A DNA stretch of 60,243 nucleotides, from IMG/VR virus record IMGVR_UViG_3300034190_001683, positions 1 to 60,243 of that record; one strand, written 5' to 3'. Under the pieces are notes generated by a model that saw only the letters and a program-made list of their open reading frames with translations, did no database searches and was not told the origin of the DNA. Made by a program: the position numbers and the translations under genes. Positions 40,707 to 49,132 of the stretch are shown here, in pieces. This DNA is from a virus. Its lineage: Duplodnaviria > Caudoviricetes. The stretch's first letter is position 1. Every line of letters begins with the position of its first letter.

Positions 40707-40880
40707 TCACTCTCCTTTATCTTTTTTGATTTTAGCTAACTCAGACAATAACGTAGCGAGCGCATCTATTGTTCCATGCACCATCATTCTAACTTGCACT
40801 ATCTTTTTGTAGATAGTCATATGCAGATAGATAATGTACGTCACTAACAAACTAATAATAATCGCCACTTCATCACTCAT
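40707..40880 (-). CDS. Small membrane protein (57 aa)
   Basis: Hand-translated MSDEVAIIISLLVTYIIYL...; AAGGAG RBS. Confidence 0.6.
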   Translation of the reverse strand: MSDEVAIIISLLVTYIIYLHMTIYKKIVQVRMMVHGTIDALATLLSELAKIKKDKGE

Positions 40881-41047
40881 ATTTTCTCCTTAATTTGTTT
40901 ACTCCAAACCCACAACTGCAAACAAAAGCCATCTTCTTGGTCTTCCCATTCATACTCAAATTGATGGTTCTTTCCAAAATGTTTATCTAATAAACAGTAA
41001 AAGTCTTTATCAAAGTCCTCTGATACCTCAGGTTTATTTTCACTCAT
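40877..41047 (-). CDS. Small acidic hypothetical protein (56 aa)
   Basis: Hand-translated MSENKPEVSEDF...; ATGA overlaps on both sides. Confidence 0.55.
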   Translation of the reverse strand: MSENKPEVSEDFDKDFYCLLDKHFGKNHQFEYEWEDQEDGFCLQLWVWSKQIKEKI

Positions 41048-41244
41048 TCAGTCCCTCCAATCTTTGAATCAGGTTTAATAATCTCAGACATCAAGACACG
41101 TTTACACAAGAGGGTAACAGTTTGGCTGTAATTTAACTTCATACCTAAGTGACTCTCTAGTTGCTTTTTTGCTTTATCAATAAGATTTCGTGCATCTTTG
41201 TGTATTAATAAAGCTTTGTAGTTTTTAGACATTGGCATTACCAT
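41044..41244 (-). CDS. Small hypothetical protein (possibly DNA-binding)
   Basis: ORF track; short beta strand followed by two helices. Confidence 0.5.
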   Translation of the reverse strand: MVMPMSKNYKALLIHKDARNLIDKAKKQLESHLGMKLNYSQTVTLLCKRVLMSEIIKPDSKIGGTE

Positions 41245-41396
41245 TTCCTTTCTTTAATTTTTTGTACAAGATATACTTCTTCGTTAATCTTAATCAGAGG
41301 AAGCTTACGCTTCTCGGTTTCCGTTGGTTTTTTATTCCAAAGTGTAACCTTGTAGCCTTTAGTTTCTAGTTCCTTGATTTGCTCAGATGTTGTCAT
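41238..41396 (-). CDS. Small hypothetical protein (MTTSEQ..., 52 aa)
   Basis: Hand-translated; AGGAG RBS. Confidence 0.6.
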   Translation of the reverse strand: MTTSEQIKELETKGYKVTLWNKKPTETEKRKLPLIKINEEVYLVQKIKERKW

Positions 41397-41554
41397 GTAT
41401 CTCCTTTAGTTTCGTTATTAATTTTTTCAACGTATAGCCGTATATCAGCTAGCACTGGACATCTGTCGCATGGTGTGTCGGTCAGTAGGAAGCTTCCACA
41501 GCACCCTACCTCATAACACTTCTCTAACATTTCCTCAGTCTCAGATGTTGTCAT
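41393..41554 (-). CDS. Small Cys-rich protein (MTTSET...)
   Basis: GGAGGAG RBS; five Cys. Confidence 0.6.
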   Translation of the reverse strand: MTTSETEEMLEKCYEVGCCGSFLLTDTPCDRCPVLADIRLYVEKINNETKGDT

Positions 41555-41801
41555 GTATCTCCTCCAAGTCTTTTTCCTCTGGTTTATCATCTCTTGTCTT
41601 TAGATACACGACATCGGATATATGTTTAAGTACCCACATAGTACCTACACCACCAAAGCCAAAGATTATGGCAGATGATTCTAGGACATCATACAAACCA
41701 TAGTTTGCTATACCCTCAAACATCATACCTGCGGTAAAAAATACAAGACCCCAAATTAAAAACAACCCTGCCACATCAAAAATTATTTTAAGCTTCTTCA
41801 T
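41541..41801 (-). CDS. Two-TM membrane protein
   Basis: Two hydrophobic helices; GAGGAGG RBS. Confidence 0.65.
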   Translation of the reverse strand: MKKLKIIFDVAGLFLIWGLVFFTAGMMFEGIANYGLYDVLESSAIIFGFGGVGTMWVLKHISDVVYLKTRDDKPEEKDLEEIHDNI

Positions 41802-41942
41802 TTACACCTCCTCTTTTTGTTTAATTAAATCTAACAACTCATGAGCCAAATCCAACCTACCTCTCAACATATCGTAGTGTGATGAGTGTAAACGGACGTC
41901 AGACTTAGCTTTCTCTATTGCCCTCATAACATCTTGGTTCAT
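41802..41942 (-). CDS. Small hypothetical protein
   Basis: ORF track 41802-41993; start uncertain. Confidence 0.45.
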   Translation of the reverse strand: MNQDVMRAIEKAKSDVRLHSSHYDMLRGRLDLAHELLDLIKQKEEV

Positions 41943-41992
41943 GACAACTTCTCTCTCTAACAACTTCACTATCACTTCGAGTAATTTAACCA

Positions 41993-42466
41993 TCAGTATT
42001 TCCTTTCAGGTAAAGTGTCCTCATCAACTTCTTTAAGACTAGGTTTGTTTAAATCAAAGTCAAAATACTCACCCTCATCTTCATCGTAGTAATACTCATC
42101 GCCATTCTCATCGCATGGAGTCATCTTTGGTGCGAGGTTACGGAAACTACCCCACCCATCATCAGGGACTTCTATTCTGTAATCATAGAATTGTTCTTCT
42201 ATGTATTCGGGTATGACTCTTTCAAAAAACTGTCGAGCAGAATCATAACAGTCTCTAACGAACCAACCATTTAATTGGTCTAAATCTCTAACCTTTACGA
42301 TGGTGTCTAACGGAACAGTTACATCCCCAAAGTCTTCTGTATTAAGATGGATTGTCCCAGTTATACGAACAAGTATGTACTTGTTCTCTTTAGAGTAATT
42401 ACCAAACGTAACGACCGATTTTGGGTTATCTAAACACTCCTCAATGTGTTGTTGTATCTTACTCAT
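41993..42466 (-). CDS. Acidic hypothetical early protein
   Basis: AAGGAGAGC RBS; D/E-rich C-terminus. Confidence 0.75.
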   Translation of the reverse strand: MSKIQQHIEECLDNPKSVVTFGNYSKENKYILVRITGTIHLNTEDFGDVTVPLDTIVKVRDLDQLNGWFVRDCYDSARQFFERVIPEYIEEQFYDYRIEVPDDGWGSFRNLAPKMTPCDENGDEYYYDEDEGEYFDFDLNKPSLKEVDEDTLPERKY

Positions 42467-42476
42467 TTGCTCTCCT

Positions 42477-42758
42477 TTAGTTAATTATTGAATCAATCTT
42501 AGCTTTGGCATTTGCGAGATAAACTTCTTCATCTGTGTTGGGGTTTGGACTATACAATCTCTCATCAACAACATTTCCGTTTTTATCCACAACTTGGTAA
42601 GTATATTTTTTTAATCCTGATACCATGTTGCAACTTTCAAAAGGAAAATTCATAATTGCTGATATAAGTATGTCATAACCTCTATACTCAACAAGTTCCC
42701 CTGAATTTATCTTGAGGTTTCGTATGTGGTTTGTTACAGAGTCTTTATCTTTACTCAT
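42477..42758 (-). CDS. Hypothetical early protein
   Basis: AAGGAGAGC RBS. Confidence 0.7.
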   Translation of the reverse strand: MSKDKDSVTNHIRNLKINSGELVEYRGYDILISAIMNFPFESCNMVSGLKKYTYQVVDKNGNVVDERLYSPNPNTDEEVYLANAKAKIDSIIN

Positions 42759-42778
42759 TTTGCTCTCCTTTAGTTAAA

Positions 42779-44038
42779 TTAAACTTCTACATCTACGTGA
42801 ACACTCGTGCCATTGTCTGCTTGGATATGCTTGTCGGTAATACCCCAGAAGACAGGACAGTTCCAACCACTACCCCAGTTCGGTACATAACCATCTGTGA
42901 ACATGATGACTGACTGTGGTCTCATCTTGTTGTCGTTTATATATCTGGACACACACGATGGGTCAGTACCACCACCACCTGCGACTTTTGTAGATGCGAT
43001 TAGATTTTCTAGTTCGCTTTGTTGATACGTTTCGACAGGCGTGTAGACTTCTCCGTCCCAGTACATCAAGTCAATTTTCTCTGGTGCGATGTCCTTACAG
43101 ATAGCGGATATCTCTCCGAGGAACGCAGATATTTGTTTCTGACTGACTGAGCCTGATGTATCCACACCAATCACAATCGGCCCTGCGTTTTCACTAACAA
43201 GAGATGGCATGATGATATCCTGTGAAACCCACCTACGGTTTGGTCTGCGCCACGAGGAAACGTCTTTACGTGAGTTGTAATTACTGATGAATGACCGGAG
43301 CATATCTCGCCAGTTAATCTTAGGCTCAAGTATCTCTGTCACACCTCTCGCTACCTTAGCCGACACCATCTCCGCATATGCTTTACCCTGTCGCAATGCT
43401 TCTTCGATGCGTTGGTCTAGTGCTTCCTGTGCGTTGGGGTCATCAGACCTTGCTTTCGCTTCTTCCCACATATGGTCATCAAGTGTCTGTCCTTTACTGC
43501 TATCGCTTTGGTCTTGGTCACCCTGTTCAGAGTCACCACTAGTGGCTTCTCCATTTCCTCCTCCTTGTTTAGATTTACTGCCGTTGAAGATATCATCGAA
43601 TATCTTTTTAGTATCCAACACTCGACCATCTTGGTAATACTTGTCGTCACATATCCCACCCTCGATAGGCTCTAAGAACTTCTCCGATGGGTCAATCTCA
43701 TACTTCATTGTGAGATTAATGACGTTATCAGTAGCCAGATTGGTAGACATAGCGCACTTAAGAAACAAGGCTCTCCATACTGTCATATGCTTGAACGCCA
43801 CGTGCATGACCTCGTGCATAATCAAGTACCGCAACTGTGCATCAGTAAGTTTGCGTATGAACTCGATGTTGAGATAAACATTCAAACCATCAGTCGCACC
43901 TGTTTTTATCTTGTGGTCTTTGTCTACTACATGAAACAGACACATCATAATCACAGCGGAAAACATGACCGTACGTGGGTCATTCATCAATACGACTTTC
44001 TGTTTGGTTACTCTCCTAATAGCTTGTTGCTTTGTCAT
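42779..44038 (-). CDS. Metallopeptidase-vWA protein (DUF2201-like)
   Basis: TGATDG, HEVMH zincin motif; vWA MIDAS DTSGS, GGGGTD, FTDG. Confidence 0.9.
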   Translation of the reverse strand: MTKQQAIRRVTKQKVVLMNDPRTVMFSAVIMMCLFHVVDKDHKIKTGATDGLNVYLNIEFIRKLTDAQLRYLIMHEVMHVAFKHMTVWRALFLKCAMSTNLATDNVINLTMKYEIDPSEKFLEPIEGGICDDKYYQDGRVLDTKKIFDDIFNGSKSKQGGGNGEATSGDSEQGDQDQSDSSKGQTLDDHMWEEAKARSDDPNAQEALDQRIEEALRQGKAYAEMVSAKVARGVTEILEPKINWRDMLRSFISNYNSRKDVSSWRRPNRRWVSQDIIMPSLVSENAGPIVIGVDTSGSVSQKQISAFLGEISAICKDIAPEKIDLMYWDGEVYTPVETYQQSELENLIASTKVAGGGGTDPSCVSRYINDNKMRPQSVIMFTDGYVPNWGSGWNCPVFWGITDKHIQADNGTSVHVDVEV

Positions 44039-44051
44039 AACTTCTCCTTTC

Positions 44052-44975
44052 TTATTGACCTAGACCATACTTACTTACAACATCTTCAAGTGAACGCTTT
44101 GTAGCATGACGGACACTATCACTATCACGACACATCTTCGCATCACGCCCATTAACAGCTTGTCGTAAGTCAGATATTAACTTCGTAATATTCGGGTCAT
44201 CAGTTAGATTCAAAGAGTCACCGATATCACAGATGTCATGTATATTACCCAACAACGTGGCTCTAAATATCTTATGATTCTTGAGTCCTTGCTTAGTCTT
44301 AATAGGCACAGGTTCATCTTCAAGACCCTTGATTGCATTTTTAACTACCTCTTGGATTCTACCTACCACATCTTCCATTGACGCTGTCAACTTTTCTGTC
44401 ATGGTAGCTATCATATCGGACTCTAACTTCTGTCTGACTTCCTCAGTAGCTTGGACATGAAACGAACCACTAGGAACAGGACACTCCTCTAGTCTGTATC
44501 TAAACTTGCGCTTGATTTCTTGTGCGCTTGGATACTCTCCACGTGTGACAAGATTATTCAGTAAGAATATAGAAGACGTCACGGACTCCTCGTAGTTTGT
44601 CTCATCTGTAAAGTCCTCAATAAGTTTCTCAAGCTTATCTAGCATGGGGTTTATCTGCTCACAAAATGGTATGTAATTACTAAACTTCATGATTCTCCAA
44701 CCACCCTTCTCAAACACGTTTGTATTCGTGTTAACAAAGTCACGAACCACATTGATTTGCTTACCTATTGCCTTAAACCTTTCGCATTGGGGGAATAATA
44801 TCTTGTTGTAATTACCACCTTTGGTCTTGGTTTGTTTCTGCTCATCAATCTCTGCGGATACATTCTTGTCTAGCTTTCTACCTGTGTATGCGGACACATT
44901 TAGTTTCACAAGAATACAACGCTTGAAAAGATTAGATGTAGCTTGGGGTGTTACGGTATCAAATATCTTTGACAT
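44052..44975 (-). CDS. Helical protein between AAA and vWA genes (DUF3150-like, tentative)
   Basis: 307 aa; YPSA.EI..KF and LNLTDDP motifs. Confidence 0.6.
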   Translation of the reverse strand: MSKIFDTVTPQATSNLFKRCILVKLNVSAYTGRKLDKNVSAEIDEQKQTKTKGGNYNKILFPQCERFKAIGKQINVVRDFVNTNTNVFEKGGWRIMKFSNYIPFCEQINPMLDKLEKLIEDFTDETNYEESVTSSIFLLNNLVTRGEYPSAQEIKRKFRYRLEECPVPSGSFHVQATEEVRQKLESDMIATMTEKLTASMEDVVGRIQEVVKNAIKGLEDEPVPIKTKQGLKNHKIFRATLLGNIHDICDIGDSLNLTDDPNITKLISDLRQAVNGRDAKMCRDSDSVRHATKRSLEDVVSKYGLGQ

Positions 44976-45004
44976 AATGCTCTCCTTAGTTAAGTTAAAA
45001 AATT

Positions 45005-45022
45005 GTAGGAGTCGACTCCTAC
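45005..45022. repeat. Palindrome GTAGGAGTCGACTCCTAC, copy 1
   Basis: Perfect 18-bp palindrome, intergenic. Confidence 0.95.
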
Positions 45023-45027
45023 GTGAA

Positions 45028-46146
45028 CTACTTAGTGAAAATCCAATTCATCTCCATCGCACGTTTCTGGAACGTGTCGTTGTCGATTGCGATTTCCTGC
45101 TTCTTACTACTCATGATTGACCGATAAAATACAGCTTCCCATTCGTCCTTGAACTTGTCACGCATCATGTACTGACACAATGCTGTGAGTGTATCCTCTG
45201 CTGTTGTGACAATAGCTTTAGTCATCAACATACATTGAACCATCGTGTCTTCAGGGATAGGTGCGGTCTTAGGATTAGATAACAGATTACCCCAGTCTGG
45301 TAACTTGTAACCCATCTTGACCTCGGTCATCAGGTCTATACCACTAAGCGTACCAATTGCGCCACACAAAGATGCGGTCAACTCTTCCTCATCTAGTTCG
45401 TCTTTGGCTTTAATCATGTCACTAGCCGCTTCAAGTGAATACGGACACACAAACATATCTGTGCTAGGTTCTCTGCTTGGGTTGAAAATACGCTTACTGT
45501 CAGACCCATCTAGGTATGACTCCAAACAGTCGGGATGATTACGCACAAACATAATGACCTCTGGTGCAATATCATTATCCAACGCATACTCCATCCAACT
45601 ATCAGGCTCGACAAACTCCTTGCCATTCTCATCTACACCAATACCTGCGTGTGGCTTACGTACCAATACCTTTACAGTACGTCTACGTTGATGAGCCTTG
45701 AGTGTATCCATCAACCCATCACTCGCACAGTTTGTAGTGGCAAACACTAGCGAACCCTCTGGCAGATAATTCATACCTTGTCTACGTTCTTGAAGAATAG
45801 GTAATATACTATTGAGTGTACTCTGTGGTGCTTTACCCAACTCATCAAACATAATTATCTGTGGCTTGTTGTCCTGAAAACCTAACAAATGGTTCGGTGC
45901 AAATACTGTGACGTGCATACCATTCATTTCGACAACACGTGGCATTTGAATGTCACCTGTATCTAGCGTAGTACAGTCAACAATGTTGTACCCATACTTA
46001 TCGCCAAATTCCTCAATAAACGAATACAGAATATAAGACTTACCAATACCTGTCTCGCCCTCAAACAAATACGTACGCTTACGACCCAATACTTTGACTA
46101 GGTTCTTCGCACCACGCAAACTTACAGAATGATTGTATCCAATCAT
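45028..46146 (-). CDS. AAA+ ATPase (MoxR/dynein-related type)
   Basis: GETGIGKS Walker A, MFDE Walker B, ATTN sensor 1; linked to the vWA gene. Confidence 0.88.
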   Translation of the reverse strand: MIGYNHSVSLRGAKNLVKVLGRKRTYLFEGETGIGKSYILYSFIEEFGDKYGYNIVDCTTLDTGDIQMPRVVEMNGMHVTVFAPNHLLGFQDNKPQIIMFDELGKAPQSTLNSILPILQERRQGMNYLPEGSLVFATTNCASDGLMDTLKAHQRRRTVKVLVRKPHAGIGVDENGKEFVEPDSWMEYALDNDIAPEVIMFVRNHPDCLESYLDGSDSKRIFNPSREPSTDMFVCPYSLEAASDMIKAKDELDEEELTASLCGAIGTLSGIDLMTEVKMGYKLPDWGNLLSNPKTAPIPEDTMVQCMLMTKAIVTTAEDTLTALCQYMMRDKFKDEWEAVFYRSIMSSKKQEIAIDNDTFQKRAMEMNWIFTK

Positions 46147-46177
46147 TTGACTCTCCTTAATTTAAGATTAAAAAAAC

Positions 46178-46195
46178 GTAGGAGTCGACTCCTAC
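46178..46195. repeat. Palindrome copy 2
   Basis: Identical 18-mer in the 5' leader of the AAA gene. Confidence 0.95.
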
Positions 46196-46215
46196 ACACC
46201 ACACTACATACACAT

Positions 46216-46244
46216 ATACTATATGTATACATTTACAATGTCAA
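46216..46244 (-). promoter_or_regulatory. Sigma70 promoter TTGACA-N17-TAGTAT
   Basis: Same -35/-10 pair as 30888-30916. Confidence 0.65.
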
Positions 46245-46251
46245 TATCCAA

Positions 46252-46428
46252 TCATTTTTCCTCCTTTCTTATTTTTTCTATTTCAGGGTTTACAGCAAAA
46301 TCACGAACGATTCTCTTAAGTTCTTCTCTTCTTTTGAATCTCGCTTCCGCTTCTCGGTGTCTGCGTTCATGCTCAAACATAAACGCTAGGTGTTTAAGAC
46401 CAAACTCACAACTCCACTTTTTTCTCAT
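46252..46428 (-). CDS. Small charged hypothetical protein (58 aa)
   Basis: Hand-translated MRKKWSCEFG...; ATGA overlap with the upstream gene. Confidence 0.55.
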   Translation of the reverse strand: MRKKWSCEFGLKHLAFMFEHERRHREAEARFKRREELKRIVRDFAVNPEIEKIRKEEK

Positions 46429-46637
46429 CTCGTACTCCCATATAAATCTCTGTATGCTTCAATGACTTGCTTTGCAGACAAATCAAGTTTAGCCATTACT
46501 TCTCTCACTTGTTGTTTGGATATAGTATCCATTTCAATTTGGTCAAATACCTCTTCAACATCCTCAGGACTAATTCCAAATCGCTGTGCTACTTTTAACG
46601 CTACATCTACTGCTACATGACTGTGTGATAAATTCAT
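46425..46637 (-). CDS. Hypothetical early protein
   Basis: AAGGAGAGC RBS. Confidence 0.7.
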   Translation of the reverse strand: MNLSHSHVAVDVALKVAQRFGISPEDVEEVFDQIEMDTISKQQVREVMAKLDLSAKQVIEAYRDLYGSTR

Positions 46638-46647
46638 TACGCTCTCC

Positions 46648-46833
46648 TTATTTTTTGTGAACAGTTTTTAAATCATCGGTGTTTGTGATTAGTTGTGGTG
46701 CGCCCTTGTTGTAGGCACACGCCACTGTGCGTGTAGGTGCGACGAAACAAGCAGGGCAATACTGATACCCTGCTTTCCATCTGCGTTTCGTTACTCGGAC
46801 ACCACACCTACACGTGTATTTACGCATGGGCAT
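46648..46833 (-). CDS. Small zinc-ribbon protein
   Basis: CRC...RRWKAGYQYCPAC...NKG. Confidence 0.7.
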   Translation of the reverse strand: MPMRKYTCRCGVRVTKRRWKAGYQYCPACFVAPTRTVACAYNKGAPQLITNTDDLKTVHKK

Positions 46834-47056
46834 AGTTTCTCCTCTTGGTAGGTTTCAGCGGTATCACTCTTTTCACACCCTTGTCATTCAGAAACACATC
46901 ACGCTCGGACATGACGAATGGTACGTTGCCATCGTGCGTAGTCGTTCCTCTACGTTCGATTACTTTCACTTTATCAAGTGCTTCTACCGTTTTGGCAATG
47001 GCTTTCATTTGAAGCAACTGTTCAGGGGTTACTACTGATTTGACTTTGAATGTCAT
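46820..47056 (-). CDS. Hypothetical early protein (first ORF after the long leader)
   Basis: AAGGAGAGC RBS before ATG 47056. Confidence 0.7.
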   Translation of the reverse strand: MTFKVKSVVTPEQLLQMKAIAKTVEALDKVKVIERRGTTTHDGNVPFVMSERDVFLNDKGVKRVIPLKPTKRRNYAHA

Positions 47057-47127
47057 AATGCTCTCCTTTAAATAAAAATAAATAAAAACAAATTGACACA
47101 AACAGAGTGTCGATGAACACTTAGGTC

Positions 47128-47145
47128 GTAGGAGTCGACTCCTAC
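47128..47145. repeat. Palindrome copy 3
   Basis: Identical 18-mer. Confidence 0.95.
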
Positions 47146-47535
47146 ACGTGGACACGTAAATGCTCATCGCCACCCTGTTTTCAAAATGGCTAGTTCCTCT
47201 GCTACTTCTCCGCAGTTCATGGTATTGAGGTTAGGAACAAAAGACGTCAAGATGCTGTAGTGCCAACACGACAAACTCGACACAACAAATCGTGCTACAA
47301 CAAAGTGACGTACGGAGGTACTCACAACGAACTACAAACAAAGGGAGGATAACCAGAAAGAAAGCTTACTCCGGCAAACAAGAGACAGAGGACTAAACCA
47401 CCCGAAACACAAAATGTCAAAGTCTTGAAACGTGGTTGCCAATGGAGAGCGGATATCGAAAGAGTCCGCATATAACTAAAGAACCAGTCATAGCCTGTAT
47501 GAATGTAGAAGCGATGCCCCTACTCCGTACCCGAC

Positions 47536-47554
47536 GTAGGAGTCAGACTCCTAC
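47536..47554. repeat. Palindrome copy 4 (19-bp variant with central A; arms extend to 47533-47557)
   Basis: GACGTAGGAGTC-A-GACTCCTACGTC. Confidence 0.95.
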
Positions 47555-47573
47555 GTCAATGGCGTTTCCGAAT

Positions 47574-47585
47574 TGTTAAAGAACA
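47574..47585 (-). promoter_or_regulatory. boxA antitermination motif
   Basis: TGTTCTTTAACA, 11/12 match to rrn boxA TGCTCTTTAACA, about 30 nt downstream of a promoter. Confidence 0.65.
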
Positions 47586-47621
47586 AACAACTTGCGTTGC
47601 AATCCCAAATGGACTTCGTCC

Positions 47622-47650
47622 ATTGTATCATATTTATATGAGATTGTCAA
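47622..47650 (-). promoter_or_regulatory. Strong early sigma70 promoter TTGACA-N17-TACAAT with extended -10
   Basis: TTGACAatctcatataaataTGaTACAAT on the minus strand. Confidence 0.8.
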
Positions 47651-47678
47651 TAGGTAACCACTTTGGAATTTTCGTGAT

Positions 47679-47697
47679 GTAGGAGTCAGACTCCTAC
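47679..47697. repeat. Palindrome copy 5 (19-bp variant)
   Basis: GTAGGAGTC-A-GACTCCTAC, 28 bp upstream of the -35 box. Confidence 0.95.
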
Positions 47698-47699
47698 GT

Positions 47700-48060
47700 T
47701 TGTTCCAAGCGTTCCACGTTTGTTCCACCCTGCGGAACGATAGTTTTGTCAAATATATCATGAGGTTACGTGCGATAGTGTCAGCCTGTTCCGCTGTTCC
47801 ACCCTAATACAAACACCTGCCGAGAGGGTCGAATGAAGAGTTTCAACCACGACATCTTTGATACCAGTTATGGGAGGTCGTTCGTATATGTTACCTTTTA
47901 CAATAATAATAATAATAATAATAATAATATCCTTTAGAATCAAAAACTTAGGTGCAAAAAAGTCTGTTCCACCTCTGGAACGCACGTAAACTTTCTTCAA
48001 TAATATCAAGTGCTTAGAGTGTTCCACAATCTGGAACAGGCTGGAACAGCCGGAACAACG
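47700..48060. other. Putative replication origin: GTTCC/GGAAC iteron-like repeats around an (AAT)9 tract
   Basis: About a dozen GTTCC/GGAAC units; AAT x9 at 47902-47928; non-coding. Confidence 0.5.
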
Positions 48061-48080
48061 ACATTATATGTATATTAGAT

Positions 48081-48098
48081 GTAGGAGTCGACTCCTAC
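48081..48098. repeat. Palindrome copy 6
   Basis: Identical 18-mer followed by GCCAC. Confidence 0.95.
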
Positions 48099-48316
48099 GC
48101 CACTTTAGTATGATGTTATGTATTTGTAATCTAGTATTTGTATGATGTAATTTATTTTTTACGATGTGGATTTGGTTCGTAGCTTGACTGAACTTGACAA
48201 CTCTTGATGGAACTGGCTTCGAAGAAGCCCGCCGTCCTTCAGACGGCGAAGCGGGGCGGCGCTGCCTTTGCGACGCCCCGCTTTTGACACCAGTTCTCTG
48301 CGAGAAATTTTAGGCG

Positions 48317-48345
48317 AAAAAAAACCCCGACCGGAGTCGGGGTTT
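48317..48345 (-). terminator. Intrinsic terminator
   Basis: AAACCCCGAC-TCCG-GTCGGGG followed by T8 on the minus strand, just after stop 48364. Confidence 0.85.
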
Positions 48346-48363
48346 GTGAGGAGTGTTGCAAGG

Positions 48364-49011
48364 TTAGGCTTTCTTTTCGTCAGCCTGTTGAGCGTTTGTG
48401 AGAGCATCTCTGACGTAGGACAACACGTCTAGCATTGGAGCGTGATTCTCAGCATCAGCCTTTTCTTGTAGTTTGATAATGGATTTTGAAAAGTCTTCGA
48501 CTATTTCACTTTTGTTTTTATCAGCCTTAATTCTAACCTGATAGAAAACATCGCCATTGCTATTGCTAGAGCCAGACTGTCTCGCAGGGTTGAAACTGAA
48601 TTTCTCTTTATTGTTGACAACATTGCGGAGAATCTTCAAATACGTTTGAACAGTTTGAGCCGTATAGAATGGCTCGCCATCTTCATCGACTAGGTCGTAA
48701 AGATATTGTGCAATCGCATTGGCGTTAGGGCAAGACCTAGCGGTATCTTGCGTTTGCCTAGTCTCAAAACCCTTCTGACCATTTTCGCCTTTAGCGTAAC
48801 CAGCCTTTCCAATCGTGACGCCAGCCTTTCGTAGTTCCTTGGCTTTGTCATCGAATTGTTTTTGCTTATCCTTAACGCCAGCCTTAGCGTTTATAAGAGC
48901 GTCTTGAGCGATATCCAAATCCGCCTTTGCGCCAGTACCTTCTAAGAAAGCCTTAGTAAGACCGATGGATAAAGCAACAGTATTAACAACAACGTTTGTT
49001 TTGGTAGTCAT
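48364..49011 (-). CDS. Stand-alone leftward hypothetical protein (probable immediate-early gene)
   Basis: GAAGGAGA RBS before ATG 49011; own terminator; TTGACA at 49094-49099 (weak -10). Confidence 0.8.
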   Translation of the reverse strand: MTTKTNVVVNTVALSIGLTKAFLEGTGAKADLDIAQDALINAKAGVKDKQKQFDDKAKELRKAGVTIGKAGYAKGENGQKGFETRQTQDTARSCPNANAIAQYLYDLVDEDGEPFYTAQTVQTYLKILRNVVNNKEKFSFNPARQSGSSNSNGDVFYQVRIKADKNKSEIVEDFSKSIIKLQEKADAENHAPMLDVLSYVRDALTNAQQADEKKA

Positions 49012-49132
49012 AATTTTCTCCTTCAAAATGACTGTTAATGAAATATGGCAATTACCGCAACCACAACTATATAGTCTCACAACCCTGTTACACTGTCAAA
49101 TAATACGTGGTAATTAATTGTCGTGTGTTGTC

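Larger units (their letters stand above)
47070..47615 (-). ncRNA. Candidate long structured non-coding leader/ncRNA
   Basis: No credible ORF over about 550 nt after a consensus promoter; several complementary segment pairs. Confidence 0.4.

Noticed and set aside
47758-48027. ORF with a poly-Ile run
   Set aside because: It is the translation of the (AAT)9 tract, has no RBS and lies in the repeat-rich non-coding region.
48159-48407. 82-aa ORF
   Set aside because: It crosses a clear terminator and the GC hairpins and has no RBS.
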